Assembly (NCBI GenBank): GCA_029953675.1
Contig: JAMWBK010000002.1
Location: 930,001 to 994,000, forward strand
Length of the DNA: 64,000 nucleotides
Direction: 5' to 3'
Source: Rhodosorus marinus CCMP1338
Taxonomy: Eukaryota > Plantae > Rhodophyta
Shown here: piece after piece, positions 47,640 through 59,008 of the stretch
Layout: every line of letters begins with the position of its first letter
Numbering within the stretch: the stretch's first letter is position 1
Notes under the pieces: model-generated
Databases searched by the model: none
What the model was told of the DNA's origin: nothing
The model's input: only the letters and a program-made list of their open reading frames with translations
Position numbers and translations under genes: made by a program

Positions 47640-48575
47640 ATGGATTTTCCGATCATTGACTTGAGCGACGGGTTCGATGAGCATGAGCAGGCTGAGAAGT
47701 TGAGATCCGCGTGTGAGGTGCATGGGTTCTTTCTGATCAAAGGGCTGCCCATGGACCAGTGCCGCGCTGTTTTGGAACAATCCATAGCTTTCTTCAGGTT
47801 GCCGATGGAAGATAAACTAAAGCTTGTCGAGGATGATGCTCATGGCTACGTACCTTTCGGAAAGATTACTCTTGATCCAATTAAGCAGAAGGAGCCGGAT
47901 ACAAGGGAGATATGGGCCTATGGAGCAGAGCGCTACGAAAACATGGACCATGATTGCGAAGCCTATGGTTACAACAGATGGCCAAGCGCAAAGCTTCTCC
48001 CTGATTTCGAAACTACGATGCTGAACTACAACGAGCTCATGCACGACACCTGCAGGAAGCTGAACCATCTCATCGCCCTCGCATTGGACTTGCCAGCGGA
48101 CTACTTCGACGACATGTTCGGACGTGATACAATTTCAGCCTTGAGGCCTGTGCACTACAGCGAACAAGTCTCTGACCCCGAACAAGGACGCTTTGGAACT
48201 GGTGAGCACTCCGACTGGGGCATGACAACGATCCTCCTCACTGATGGTAACCAGGGACTTCAAGTCAAGCTCAATGGAGTGTGGACCGATATTAAGGAGC
48301 CAGAGGGGACGCTAATCTGTAACATCGGTGACATGCTTGAGAGATGGACGAACGGAAGGTTTAAGTCTACCATGCATCGCGTGGTCAACAAGAGGGGTGT
48401 TGAGAGGTTTTCAGTGCCTTTCTTCCTCAATCCAAGACCGGAGGTGGTCATTTCCTCCTTGCCCACATGCGGGGCTTCGGACATCCCGGACATCGAGTGC
48501 GGTGAATACATTGTAAGGCGTCACAGGGAGTGCGGAGAACCCGAGAGGAACTCCATGAAGATTACTGCTGTATAG
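47640..48575 (+). CDS. 2OG-Fe(II) dioxygenase 3, intronless (311 aa)
   Basis: Single ORF with MDFPIIDL..HGFF, GEHSDWG, TMHRVV and RFS. Confidence 0.95.
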   Translation: MDFPIIDLSDGFDEHEQAEKLRSACEVHGFFLIKGLPMDQCRAVLEQSIAFFRLPMEDKLKLVEDDAHGYVPFGKITLDPIKQKEPDTREIWAYGAERYENMDHDCEAYGYNRWPSAKLLPDFETTMLNYNELMHDTCRKLNHLIALALDLPADYFDDMFGRDTISALRPVHYSEQVSDPEQGRFGTGEHSDWGMTTILLTDGNQGLQVKLNGVWTDIKEPEGTLICNIGDMLERWTNGRFKSTMHRVVNKRGVERFSVPFFLNPRPEVVISSLPTCGASDIPDIECGEYIVRRHRECGEPERNSMKITAV

Positions 48576-49268
48576 AAATAGTACCGAAAATTAAATTTGT
48601 TTTTATGAACTTGAATGAGGAGGAATAGCCCAGCCCTCAAATCTACAGACGTATTTGTATCAAACGTGTTCTCATCATGTTGCCGGGCATTCGCAGCCAG
48701 AGAAGCGAAACGGATGTTCGATGGCCTCACCCGTCGAAATGCATGGAATTCAATTCTAACCGGAAAACGGACTCAGAATTGATGGTGCCAATCCTGAATT
48801 CTGATTTTGATTGCCCTTCAATCACTCTCGAAGAGGACGTCGGTGACGTCTTTGGACCGAATGGTCACCGTTTGGCTCGCTTGTGAAGAACGATCTGTTT
48901 CCTTGCTAACCGGCGATAAGCATGAGAGCCCTGTGTGGCGCGGAGAACTGTGGTCATTTCAATCGTATCAGGTAAGCCTCTGGTGATCCCTTTGGCACTC
49001 CCCCTCAAGACAAAGATATCACCTGCTCGAAAAATAGCAGAGTAGATAGCCTGAAGGTGAGCGCAACTAGGTATAGCCAGCAATTAAAGCACGCAAAAAT
49101 TCGGCATCCGCTCAGAGTCGCCTTTTTGTTCAAAAAAGGACGACTGGAACACTACGTCACAGTCACTTTCCTCTCCAAGTCGCTCCTCCAAAAGTTCACT
49201 TTATCGTTTATATACTCTCAGTCAGCTCGAACACCATCTACAGTGGCCGCGGGCTTATTTTCCGGCTT

Positions 49269-50528
49269 CTACTTGTCGAAGTTCTCATGGGTATCCCGAT
49301 ACTTAGAAATGAGGTAGTCACCTGAGAGTATCGGTTCATATTTAGGTTCTCCACACCCGGGGAGGGGCGATACTAAAGCGTCAAATCGTGGGTCAAGGAA
49401 GAACGGGATCGAGTAGCGCTCTCTTCCAGTCGTGTTTACAACCTAAGCATTGTGTTCCAACAGCACTTGTATCAGAACAGCGCAATGCATACTTTCCCAC
49501 TCAGCTCGTAGGATTTCATGATCGTTACCCTATGAACAGTGGACCGGAAATAGCCGTTGGACCATCTCTCAAGCATGTCACCAATATTACATATGAATGC
49601 TCCGGGAGGTGCCTCAACGTCCTTCCATTCCTTGTCAACAAAAACCTGGAGACCGGGTTCTCCATCAGTCAGCAGGTAGGTAATATGCCCGTAATCTGAA
49701 TGCGCCCCTGCTGCAAATATCCCCCGTTCTGGTTCAGATTTCTGCCGAAGGGGTGATCAGAGCGTCGGTCATTAAGAACGTTTTCTTGGAACGTCTCAGA
49801 CGGTCCTTGGTTCGCTTACCTGCCCGGAGTATCGAAGCAAGCGGACGTACCCCATAGGTTTCTCAAATGCTTTGTCAAAGCAGTCTTCTTTCTGATTCAG
49901 TGCCATGGCCAAATACCTATTCACCTTTCTGCCCAGGTCACACATTCCCTCCTGATACCTGTTATGCAGACAGTCAACAAGATTCGCGTCAGAATTTGCG
50001 TACTTGTTGCTGTCCACAAGTGCGCCGCACTCAAAGAGGAACTTGACGCACTCCTCAAGTATTCTCCGAAAGTCCGGAATCAGGCGCTCATCGGGCCAGT
50101 TGTTCGGTCCCAGCAAACGAAACCTTCCTCGATCTTCTTGTGAAGGTTCCGAGCCGCAGTAAAACCCTAGGCATTAACAGATACGAATACACACGATTAA
50201 GAATCTGTTTCCTTGTAACTCAAGTCAATCTCTAGTCATTCTCACCCTCTTTCGTGTCACCACAACTCTGGTTTGCAGGATCGAGTCGTTCCTCACCAAA
50301 CCTGGTATACCCGCGGTGATATTCATTCACACTACAAAGCTCTTTGTCCTGATCTGAAAGCGCAAAAAACTGTCTGCTTACTTCAAGGATCCTACCCGAC
50401 GCGGCTCCATCTACGCCATGGCCAGTCAGAAAGAAAAAGCCATGTGTCGTACAACAATCCCTCAATGTCTCCGAGAGTGCCTTCTTGTCCACACCTTCGC
50501 TAAGGTCGATTAGCGGAATTGTGACCAT
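49269..50528 (-). CDS. 2OG-Fe(II) dioxygenase 4, 5 exons
   Basis: MVTIPLIDL..HGFF, GAHSDYG, TVHR|VV and RYS. Four GT-AG introns at the positions used by genes 1 and 2. Confidence 0.92.
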
Positions 50529-51391
50529 CGTGTTGACTGCGTCAAGGTATTGCGCAAACCCTAGCACGAATCTCTTTAGCTCGGACCACAGTGTGCCTCC
50601 CTCCAACCGTCATTCCAAGTGGGCTTTCAATCCATATGTATTCACGGCAAAGGAGAAGACAACAAATCAATCTAAATATTAGCATTTTAAAGGAAACTAG
50701 TTATCCTCTCATTTTCGACAAAATATCAATGTTCGATAGTTACGTGTTTTTTGAAACAATTTCCGCAGATATTTTGGGGGCGTGGGCCTGAGACAACGCG
50801 TGGAAAGTGCTCCGTCTTGCTGGAAAAAACCAGAGCACTTTCCCACGCGGCTGCGCATGGGGTTAGTGCTCTTGCGTTCTAGTCAAGTGGTTAGGTTTGA
50901 GCACGCTATGAAGGTGACAATCTATTCAAGAATTAAACTTTCTCTAGAATCTACAATAGAGGCAACAAGACCGGTATTGTATATCATGATCAATGTATCC
51001 TATTTGAATAGACATTTTCACGTGTTGGAGTACAATTGTATTCATCCAGCTGATGATACCTGTGCAGAGCAGGTTGTCTTTACGAAAGCCATGATCTAAA
51101 ACCAACGTCAAGTTGACCTTATGCAGACAAGCTAAACGCCAAGCACAGACGTAACAGCACGATCGTTTTTGTGCATTGTCAAAGTCATCTAGATGGGGAG
51201 GAAGGGCGAAAAAGTTCCAAGGAAAAGCCCTAAAGGTATGCTTCTACAGCGGTCCCGAACATTCAAAAGAAGATAGAGGCAGGTTTCGTATGGTGGGACT
51301 AAACAACTGTCCCGATGTCGCACATGTGGGAAAGAAGAAACACAACAATGTACACCAATTAAAGTGACAACTGTCCTTTCTCACGCGTCTA

Positions 51392-54300
51392 TGTTACAAC
51401 TCTTCGAACCAACTTGTCTTTTCCTCAATTCTAGGTCTCAAGATCTAGCAAAGCTAGGCCTTATATAGTCTCGGTTACTGTAAACTAAAACATACCTGAC
51501 AGTAAAGTAGAAATGTGGGGATCCTAAAACATTGACGTTTTACACTAAAATAGGTGCCTGACACTAAAACATAGACAGATTACTCAGCTGTCAGGGGAGG
51601 TTCTCACATTCCTCCCACAGAGTTTGGGCACAAAATCAAGACGTCGCAGGCAGAACATCGAGCATTCTTCGATAGTTGAGGTAGTGTCGTAGGCGTTGTC
51701 GAGAGAGGGTGTCCGTAGGATAGTCGTGTTCAGGGAGCCAAATAGCATCAGTCCACGATTCATTTTCGCGGTAGCATAGAAACTGGCGTGTGCCTTCATC
51801 GTCAGTACGCACGCTCAATACCGATAACACAGGTTGCCTCGGGTGTAGATTGGTTCGTACAGGAATATGTCGGGTTTCAGTTGTCCCAGGCGGTGCGCTC
51901 TTCAGTAAGGAAACATGGAATGTCGGGTGTACCGCATTTCATCAGGTAACTGTAGCGTGTACGCGACGTCCGAATGTTTCTCGATGATTGGAAAGGGGCC
52001 CAACCAGCAAGGTTGAAACCGCATAGGGCCTTCCGGAGGGAGGTTGCGCGTGGACAAATAAACCTTGTCACCAATGTTGAACACCCTGGTGTGACGCCGG
52101 AATTCGCGTGATCAGTATATATAACCCCAGTATATAACTCCTGCGCCAGGGCCATGGACTTGCGTGCGTCTGCAAGAATTTGTTGTTGTCGCTTCACGAA
52201 AGCAGTCGCCGCGTCGGCAAGGCTGGTAATCGCCGGGGTTGGGGTTGAGACGTACAAGTTCAAACGCGGATGCCCTCCGGTTAACAGAAAATACGGTGTA
52301 TATCCCGTACTGGCCGACGTATGGTTGTTGTAGGCCAGCTGAAGTAGGGGTGGACACTGCATCCATGTTGGACTGGTACAACAGCAAATTTGTTGGGTCT
52401 GATTCACCCGTTCCGTTTCCGTCTGTCCATCCGTTTCGGGGTGGTACTCGGTAGAGCGCAGCTGCTGAACTATGGGTGTCGCCAGAAAGTCGCTGTGAAG
52501 ACCTTATCACGATCTGTGACGAAGCTCCGGGGTAACCCAAACAAGGAAATGATGTGTGTGACAACAAGATCTGCCACTTCTTCTGCCGTCACCGTTTTTG
52601 AAGTCGGGATGAAAACGGCAAACTTGGTGAGACGGTCGACTACAACCATTATTGCATTATAACCGTTCACCGAGGGGAACCCGGTGATGAAGTCCATGGT
52701 CCAATCCACGGCCCGGTTCTCTGGGATTGGGAGCGGTTGAAACTCTCCCTGGTGGCGTCTCAACGGTTGTTCCCGGGCACATACCTCGCACTGTCGTACC
52801 CGAGCGAGCACATCCTGGCGCATGCTTGGCCAGTAGTATCGTCGGCGTTAGTAGTCGATACGTGGCCCGTGCCCCGAAATGACCAGCCGTCACTGATTTA
52901 TGGTGCGTATCAATGACCTCGGCGACGCGGTTGCCGGGTACACAAAGCCTTGCATGTAGAAACAGTAAGCCCTTCTTTCGTTGAAATCCTTCAAATTGCG
53001 CAGGGGTTTGAAACTGTTCGGAGAACTCTGCGTCGGCTCGGTAATCTTGACTCCAGTCTGCATCTGATGTGACGCGGATGGCCCGTAGTGTGCATCGCGG
53101 CTTAGCGCGTCCGCAATGTTGAGACTACCCCGTATATACTGGATCGTGAAGGAATAGGGTAATAGTACGTTGACATAACGCGCTAGTTGTCGCGTCAATG
53201 TCTTCTGTGTCTGCAGAAAGCGCAACGGATTATGGTCCGTACGCACCTTGAACTGCTGCCCGTCGAGGTATACGGACCATTGTCGTACTGCCAGTACGAT
53301 GGCATACAGTTCTTTCTCGTAGGTTCTGTAGCGCATTTCCGTTGCGTTGAAAGCTCGCGACATATACGCCACTGGCACCTCCTGATCTTGCCGCGTTTGA
53401 AAGAGAACACCGCCGACACCCGCGTCACTTGCATCCACTTGAACAATGAAAGGGAGCGTCGGGTCGACCATATACAGAATTGTGGTGATCGATATGGCCC
53501 GTTTTACTTCGTTGAAGGCGTTTTGCTCCTCCCGGTACCACTTCCACTGCTGATCCTTCTTGGTGAGTGCGTGCAGTGGTGCAGCCACCTGTGCAAAGCG
53601 AGGAACAAACCGCCGTAGAAAATTCGCGAAGCCCATGAACGCACGTACTTCTTTTACGTCTGTGGGAGCCTTCCAATTCTGGATTGCCTGCACCTTCTTA
53701 GGATCAGGGCGACGAGTGCCTCCCGCCAAGATTTGACCTAAGTAGCATACTTGGTGTACTCCGAACTGGCACTTCGAATGTTTGACGACTAGTTGATGCT
53801 GCTCTATTTGTCGTAGTACCCGTCGGACATCTTTCTCGTGGTCCTCCTCAGTCGCCGAGTAAATCAGGATATCGTCGACGTACAACACCACGCATTCGTT
53901 GATAAGGTCATCCCCAACACGTCCGTCAGGTAGCGAATGAACACCGAGGGTGCATTCTTCAACCCAAACGGCATGACATTCGACTGGTACTGTCCAAAGC
54001 ACGTCGTGAACGCAGTCTTTTCCCGTGATGATGGGTCAATAGGAAGTTTGCCAGTAGCCGGACCGGAGAAAACCGTACAATCCGAACCTGCCACTCACGA
54101 AACTCCTTCAATACAACCCTCGCGACCGCACACGCGAAGTATGGGACCGCTGAAACCTCTCATATGCTACATGTGCCAAGAGAAGTGGCACGTCAAGAAG
54201 GACTGCCCGCAGCGACTGGCACCTGTAGCATATGAGAGGTTTCAGCGGTCCCATACTTCGCGTGTGCGGTCGAGAGGGTTGTATTGAAGGAGCTCCGTGA

Positions 54301-55161
54301 GTGGCAGGTTCGGATTGTACGGTTTTCTGCTGCGTTGTCGTTTCAGAAACCGCCTCGGATATGCTGAGTGCAGTCTGTTTGGCCTCAACATAGCTTCGGG
54401 GGCGGCTGTAATACACGAAATCACGTTCCCGCACGGTTAAGCCCGCCTTGAGTCTTTCGAGCTTTTCGGAATCGTTGATGTGCTCCCCGAGCTGCATGAA
54501 GAGTTCATCGAGGTAGTCCATGAAGCGTGCAACGTCGGGGCCCCCTTGTCTGGCATTGCGCAGCTTCGCCCGTACACGTTCCACGTGATCTTGGGGCTGG
54601 AACTGTGCACACAGGGCCTGCTCGAAGTCGTCTAGCGACTCCAAGGTCGTTGGCAAACCATCTGACGATCGCGGAAGCCCTTGGTACCACGTCTGGGCCT
54701 GGTCCTTGAGGAAGAGACCCGCATACCGGACCGTCTGGCGCCCGGCGTCGTCAACGTTGTGGAGCGTTAGTCTGGGGAGCGTTTTTGGCGCCTCAAACGA
54801 CGCCAAAAACGTTTGAACCTTTGCAAAGTCCCGCCGCCCGTCGTATGGTTCGGGCTGAGGAATCGCAAATGTTGCCATTGTGAAGTCGGCTCCTGGTTTT
54901 CTCCCTTTCCTTCCCTTAATCGCCTTTTAGGCGATGAGACCACTTTGTTACAACTCTTCGAACCAACTTGTCTTTCCTCAATTGTAGGTCTCAAGATCTA
55001 GCAAAGCTAGGCCTTATATAGTCTCGGTTATTGTAAACTAAAACATACCTGACAGTAAAGTGGAAATAAGTGGATCCTAAAACATTGACGTTTTACACTA
55101 AAATAGGTGCCTGACACTAAAACATAGACAGATTGCACAGCTGTCAGGGGAGGTTCTCACA
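51392..55161 (-). mobile_element. Defective Ty3/Gypsy (chromovirus-like) LTR retrotransposon
   Basis: TG...CA LTRs at 51392-51608 and 54946-55161, TSD GTCTA on both sides, PBS TGGTCTCATCGCC and PPT GGGAGGAA. Gag; RT (MPFGL, YVDDILI); RNase H (DASD..E); integrase (MDFITG, VVDRLTK); chromodomain-like tail. Confidence 0.95.
54068..54327. repeat. ~104-bp inverted repeat (fold-back) inside the Gypsy gag/pol junction
   Basis: 54068-54171 is the reverse complement of 54224-54327 with about 3 mismatches. Confidence 0.95.
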
Positions 55162-55770
55162 GTCTATTGAATAGTGGATATAATTTAGCTCCTTTCATGC
55201 AAAGGAACGGCACCTGTGGGGTCTTGTGGAAACCTAGCAACTAGGCAACCCTTTGAAAGGTCTGAAATACAGAAGCTGACGAACAAGGACTACAGTAAAC
55301 ACAAGCGTGCTTGAACAACAGGTTGTAGCGCCTTTAGGGGTTTACTCTGGTTAGACAGTGGCTCCAGGTTTGCGTTTCCTCGTCCTCGGGATGTCATTGC
55401 AAACATTCGACAAAAGAAATGCTGCGTCCGTAAGTCTTATGCAAACACAGGGTGCGATAAGGTCTGCCATGCATTCGGAGATGAGAAGTGCGTTTGTTGG
55501 GCTATCTTATTGCTTTTCAAATTTTCGAGATGTAAAGATCTCTCATAGCTCGTTCGGACAGTCGCGGGTGTCGTCAGACGGATAGCGATCAACGGCACAG
55601 CGACTTGGTAAGCAACCCGCTGGTTGTACCAGGCCTATCACGAGCAGCAACAGAAGGACGGACACGGTCAGCTTTTCTATTGCCATGCAATTTCAGCAAT
55701 CGAACGGACAGAACCCATTCCGATCAAGACGAACATCGTTGTCCAGAGAAAAAACAGCTCGCCTTCAGGA

Positions 55771-56864
55771 TTAATTGTCTAGCAAGAAATTCGCGTGGAA
55801 ATCGATATGATCAGGAACGAATGTGCTGATGAAATAGTATGAATGGTCGTAGCCAGCCTGCATGTTGAACTTAAGGACCTGCCCCTTCTCGTTACAAGCC
55901 TGCTCAAACGCTTCCGGTAAAAGCTGTTTCTGCTGATAGAAATTGTCGCTTGAACCTTGATCGAGGAGAATCTTCAGGAGGGGAACATGAATTTGTGAGG
56001 AGGAGCCCTAGTTGATCGGAAGCGGGCAGACAATGCTGTACCTCAAACTTGAACGGCCCAAAACTTTTCATTAACTCCACCGCGTCATATTCAAGCCAAG
56101 CGCTCTCATCTGCTCCTAGATACCTATCCATTGAAGTATCATATATAAAACCTTCAGTCCCGTCGTTCTGAACTTGCGGGTCGACGTCGATACCTCGAAG
56201 GCATTCATGGAGCTTACCCTGTGAACGCTTTGACCCCCCACGCGCATTTTGAAGGATTGCAAATAGGAGCAAAAGCTGAGACCGATTTGTAAGATGTAGG
56301 ATTCTTCATTGCTATCGTCAGTGCTCCGTGTCCACCCATAGAATGGCCCATGATGGACACCCGGTCCGGGTCGATCGGAAAGTTGTCGAGAACAATCTTG
56401 GGGAGCTCAACGCAAACATAGTCGTACATTCTGTAGTTTTCAGACCATTTATCTTCTGTAGCGTTCAGATAGAACCCGGCTCCACTTCCAAAGTCGTACG
56501 AATCGTGTTCACCTGCCTCAAAGGAGCGTTCGATCAGAATCACAACTCGCAAACAACAGCTCCTCGTACAATGGGTGACGCCAATACCTGGTATATCAGT
56601 CCCACGAGGTGATGTATCAGGTAAAATAAGAGCAACCTTATGCTTCGCCGCACTGGAGAAGGCACCAGCCTTTTGGCAGAAATTTTCATCTGTGCAGGTA
56701 AGCCCTGAGAGGTAGTAAATTCCCGGAATTTTTGCATCCCCAGGAACGTCGCCAGGAACAAACACCGAGAACGTCATGCCCGTTTTCGTCGAAGTGGATT
56801 GATGCTCATACTGGCTCAAGATTCCACCCGCAACCTTCCATTTGCTCTTCACGTTGATGCCCAT
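55771..56864 (-). CDS. ESD: S-formylglutathione hydrolase (esterase D), 4 exons
   Basis: YYLSGLTCTDENF, PDTSPRG, GSGAGFYLNAT, GHSMGGHGAL, DQG.SDNF and GYDHSYYFI. Confidence 0.95.
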
Positions 56865-57821
56865 GCTGATCCCAACGCAGCTTCGGTAACAAGATTCGCT
56901 ATTCGAAGACCTCGCTGGACGACGATCTGATTTCCTATTGATGACAACAGACGAGCAAAATAGTGCTCGCCAACCCATACAGAGAGTGAGCGCTTCACAC
57001 GGGCACCGCTCTCACACCTGCCCTCCCACTAGATCAGCCTCCTCAATCAGCTTATCCACCAGTAATCTTGTTGCAAACTACGATTGCGAGCCAAATTTTG
57101 ACACAAAAATTCCAGATTAAGACCATTATTTATCTGAAATGAGTTTGAAATGAATAAGTATGAACGATGAAATCTAAATATTGTATAATTTACGTCGAAT
57201 GTCTCAACGTTCCCCATGCTGCTGCCGACCCGAGCTCCTAGTTCGCTATAACGATCGGCGGCTTTCATACCTCAAGTCGTCATTTGCTGCTGATCTATCA
57301 TCAGTGCGATCAGTGTGAGCTAGAAGCATTTCAACCTTTTTAATGGCCCCTCTAGAAACTGAAACGATGTGCTCCGAATAGTTGCAATGCTGCTTTTGAG
57401 CAGCATTGCAGCTTTTCTTGGCCCTGAAAGCGCTCACATTTCGTGGAGCTGCTCGGCATCTGGCAGGGTACACCAGAGCAACCAGAATCCCACCAGAAGG
57501 TCCCCTAGATTGTAAATCCGATGAAGCTTGGCACCGGGTCCAAGTAGGGACTCCCGGTTTGCGGGTTCGAGCTGTCTCCAATTTCCCCTGCGTCCGCGGA
57601 TCTTGGATCTTGCTAAAACCGCACGAGTCCATATTTTTGCTTCGCGGACGCATGAGGATTAATGTGGATCGTCACCGGAGCCGATAACGATGCCTAGACT
57701 CGCGACCCTTTGACGTTTGAAGCAAGTCATAGTACTTCGATTCCCGCGATCTCCAAGGGAACGAAAACACAGCAATCCATACTAAAAACTGTGATGGATG
57801 GGCTCAAGTCGAGCTCAGCAT

Positions 57822-59008
57822 CTAGCAGCGTACGTAGTTGCGGTAGATCTTTTGAATGAGGCTGTCCGAAACTGCGCTCGGAGGAAGGAGGCCCTCATCA
57901 GTGAGGAGCATCTGTATGTATTCCGGAGGCGTAAGGTCCACATGCGGGTTGAAGAAGTCAATACTTTGCTTGAGCTCCGGTTCGATGTCCTCAATCGGCT
58001 CCAGTTCGGAGGAGTCCGGCGCTAGGACTGCAGTCCCAAAATGGAATATGATCAGATGATAAACGTTTGAGGAGAGGGCGTTTTCTCGCTTCACCAGACT
58101 TGAAGGCATGAGCCCTACCTCTTAAGTCTTTTTGGTTCAGTGGATACAGTCTGATAAACTTGTACCTCTCCACGGCGACGTAAAGAGGCTTGCCAACAGC
58201 CTTCGCAGCCAAGGCTAGTAGAAACGTTCCAGTGGCATTCACCACCGCCCCGTTCTCCATTACTGCTTCAGCTCCGACCAGTACAACGTCAATCTGCTCC
58301 ACAAGCGAGCCTACGACCCATACGAAATTGCGAGCGCTTTAGATTTCTCTTGGAATGAAGGACTGGTCTTGGCCCTGCTCAGGACTCACCCACTGCAGAA
58401 TCTGGTAGAACCGTTGATCGGATACCGAGCTTTTGGAGATTGCGGACAATCTCGTAGCTCTTCCGTGTTGGATAGCCCAAGGCAACGTAGACCTAAAACA
58501 ACTTCAGCATTTCAGATAAAACCCTGGTTTGCTACAACTACACATGTATTCCTCTTACCTTGATATCCTTTGCAACTGATGATGCCAGAATGGCTTCCAC
58601 AGCCGATGAGCACGATGTCGTGAGAATCTGTGATCCATCTTGGATCAAGTTGTGTGCATATTTCGCAATCAGCTGATGACTCTCTACTATGCTGTCTCGG
58701 ACCGCCTCCCCAGCGGATACAATACACTTCTTCGCTAGTCCGACATCGGGCTGCCCACCAAAGCCGCTCCTTCCAGCAGCAGATATAAAGGTTTCCAGAC
58801 ACGCACGTATTTCCATGCTAGATCCAATCGTCGTGCTTTTTATCAGCTCCGCCGTATTTCCCAGCTCCTGCTCAAGGCCCATGATCGTCTCCGCGGTGAA
58901 ATTGGTGACCGAGTTGATCATGATCTGCACCGCCGCCTGGGCACCTTCCATTCCCTCATCAAGGTACTTCTGCAGAGACGCAGATACCTTATCAAGATCG
59001 TCGGCCAT
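57822..59008 (-). CDS. EIF2B1: Translation initiation factor eIF2B alpha subunit, 3 exons
   Basis: DVVLVGAEAVMENGAVVN..GT, YKFIRLYPLNQ.DL and DLTPPEYI..LLTD.G.L.PSAVSD.LI. Confidence 0.85.
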
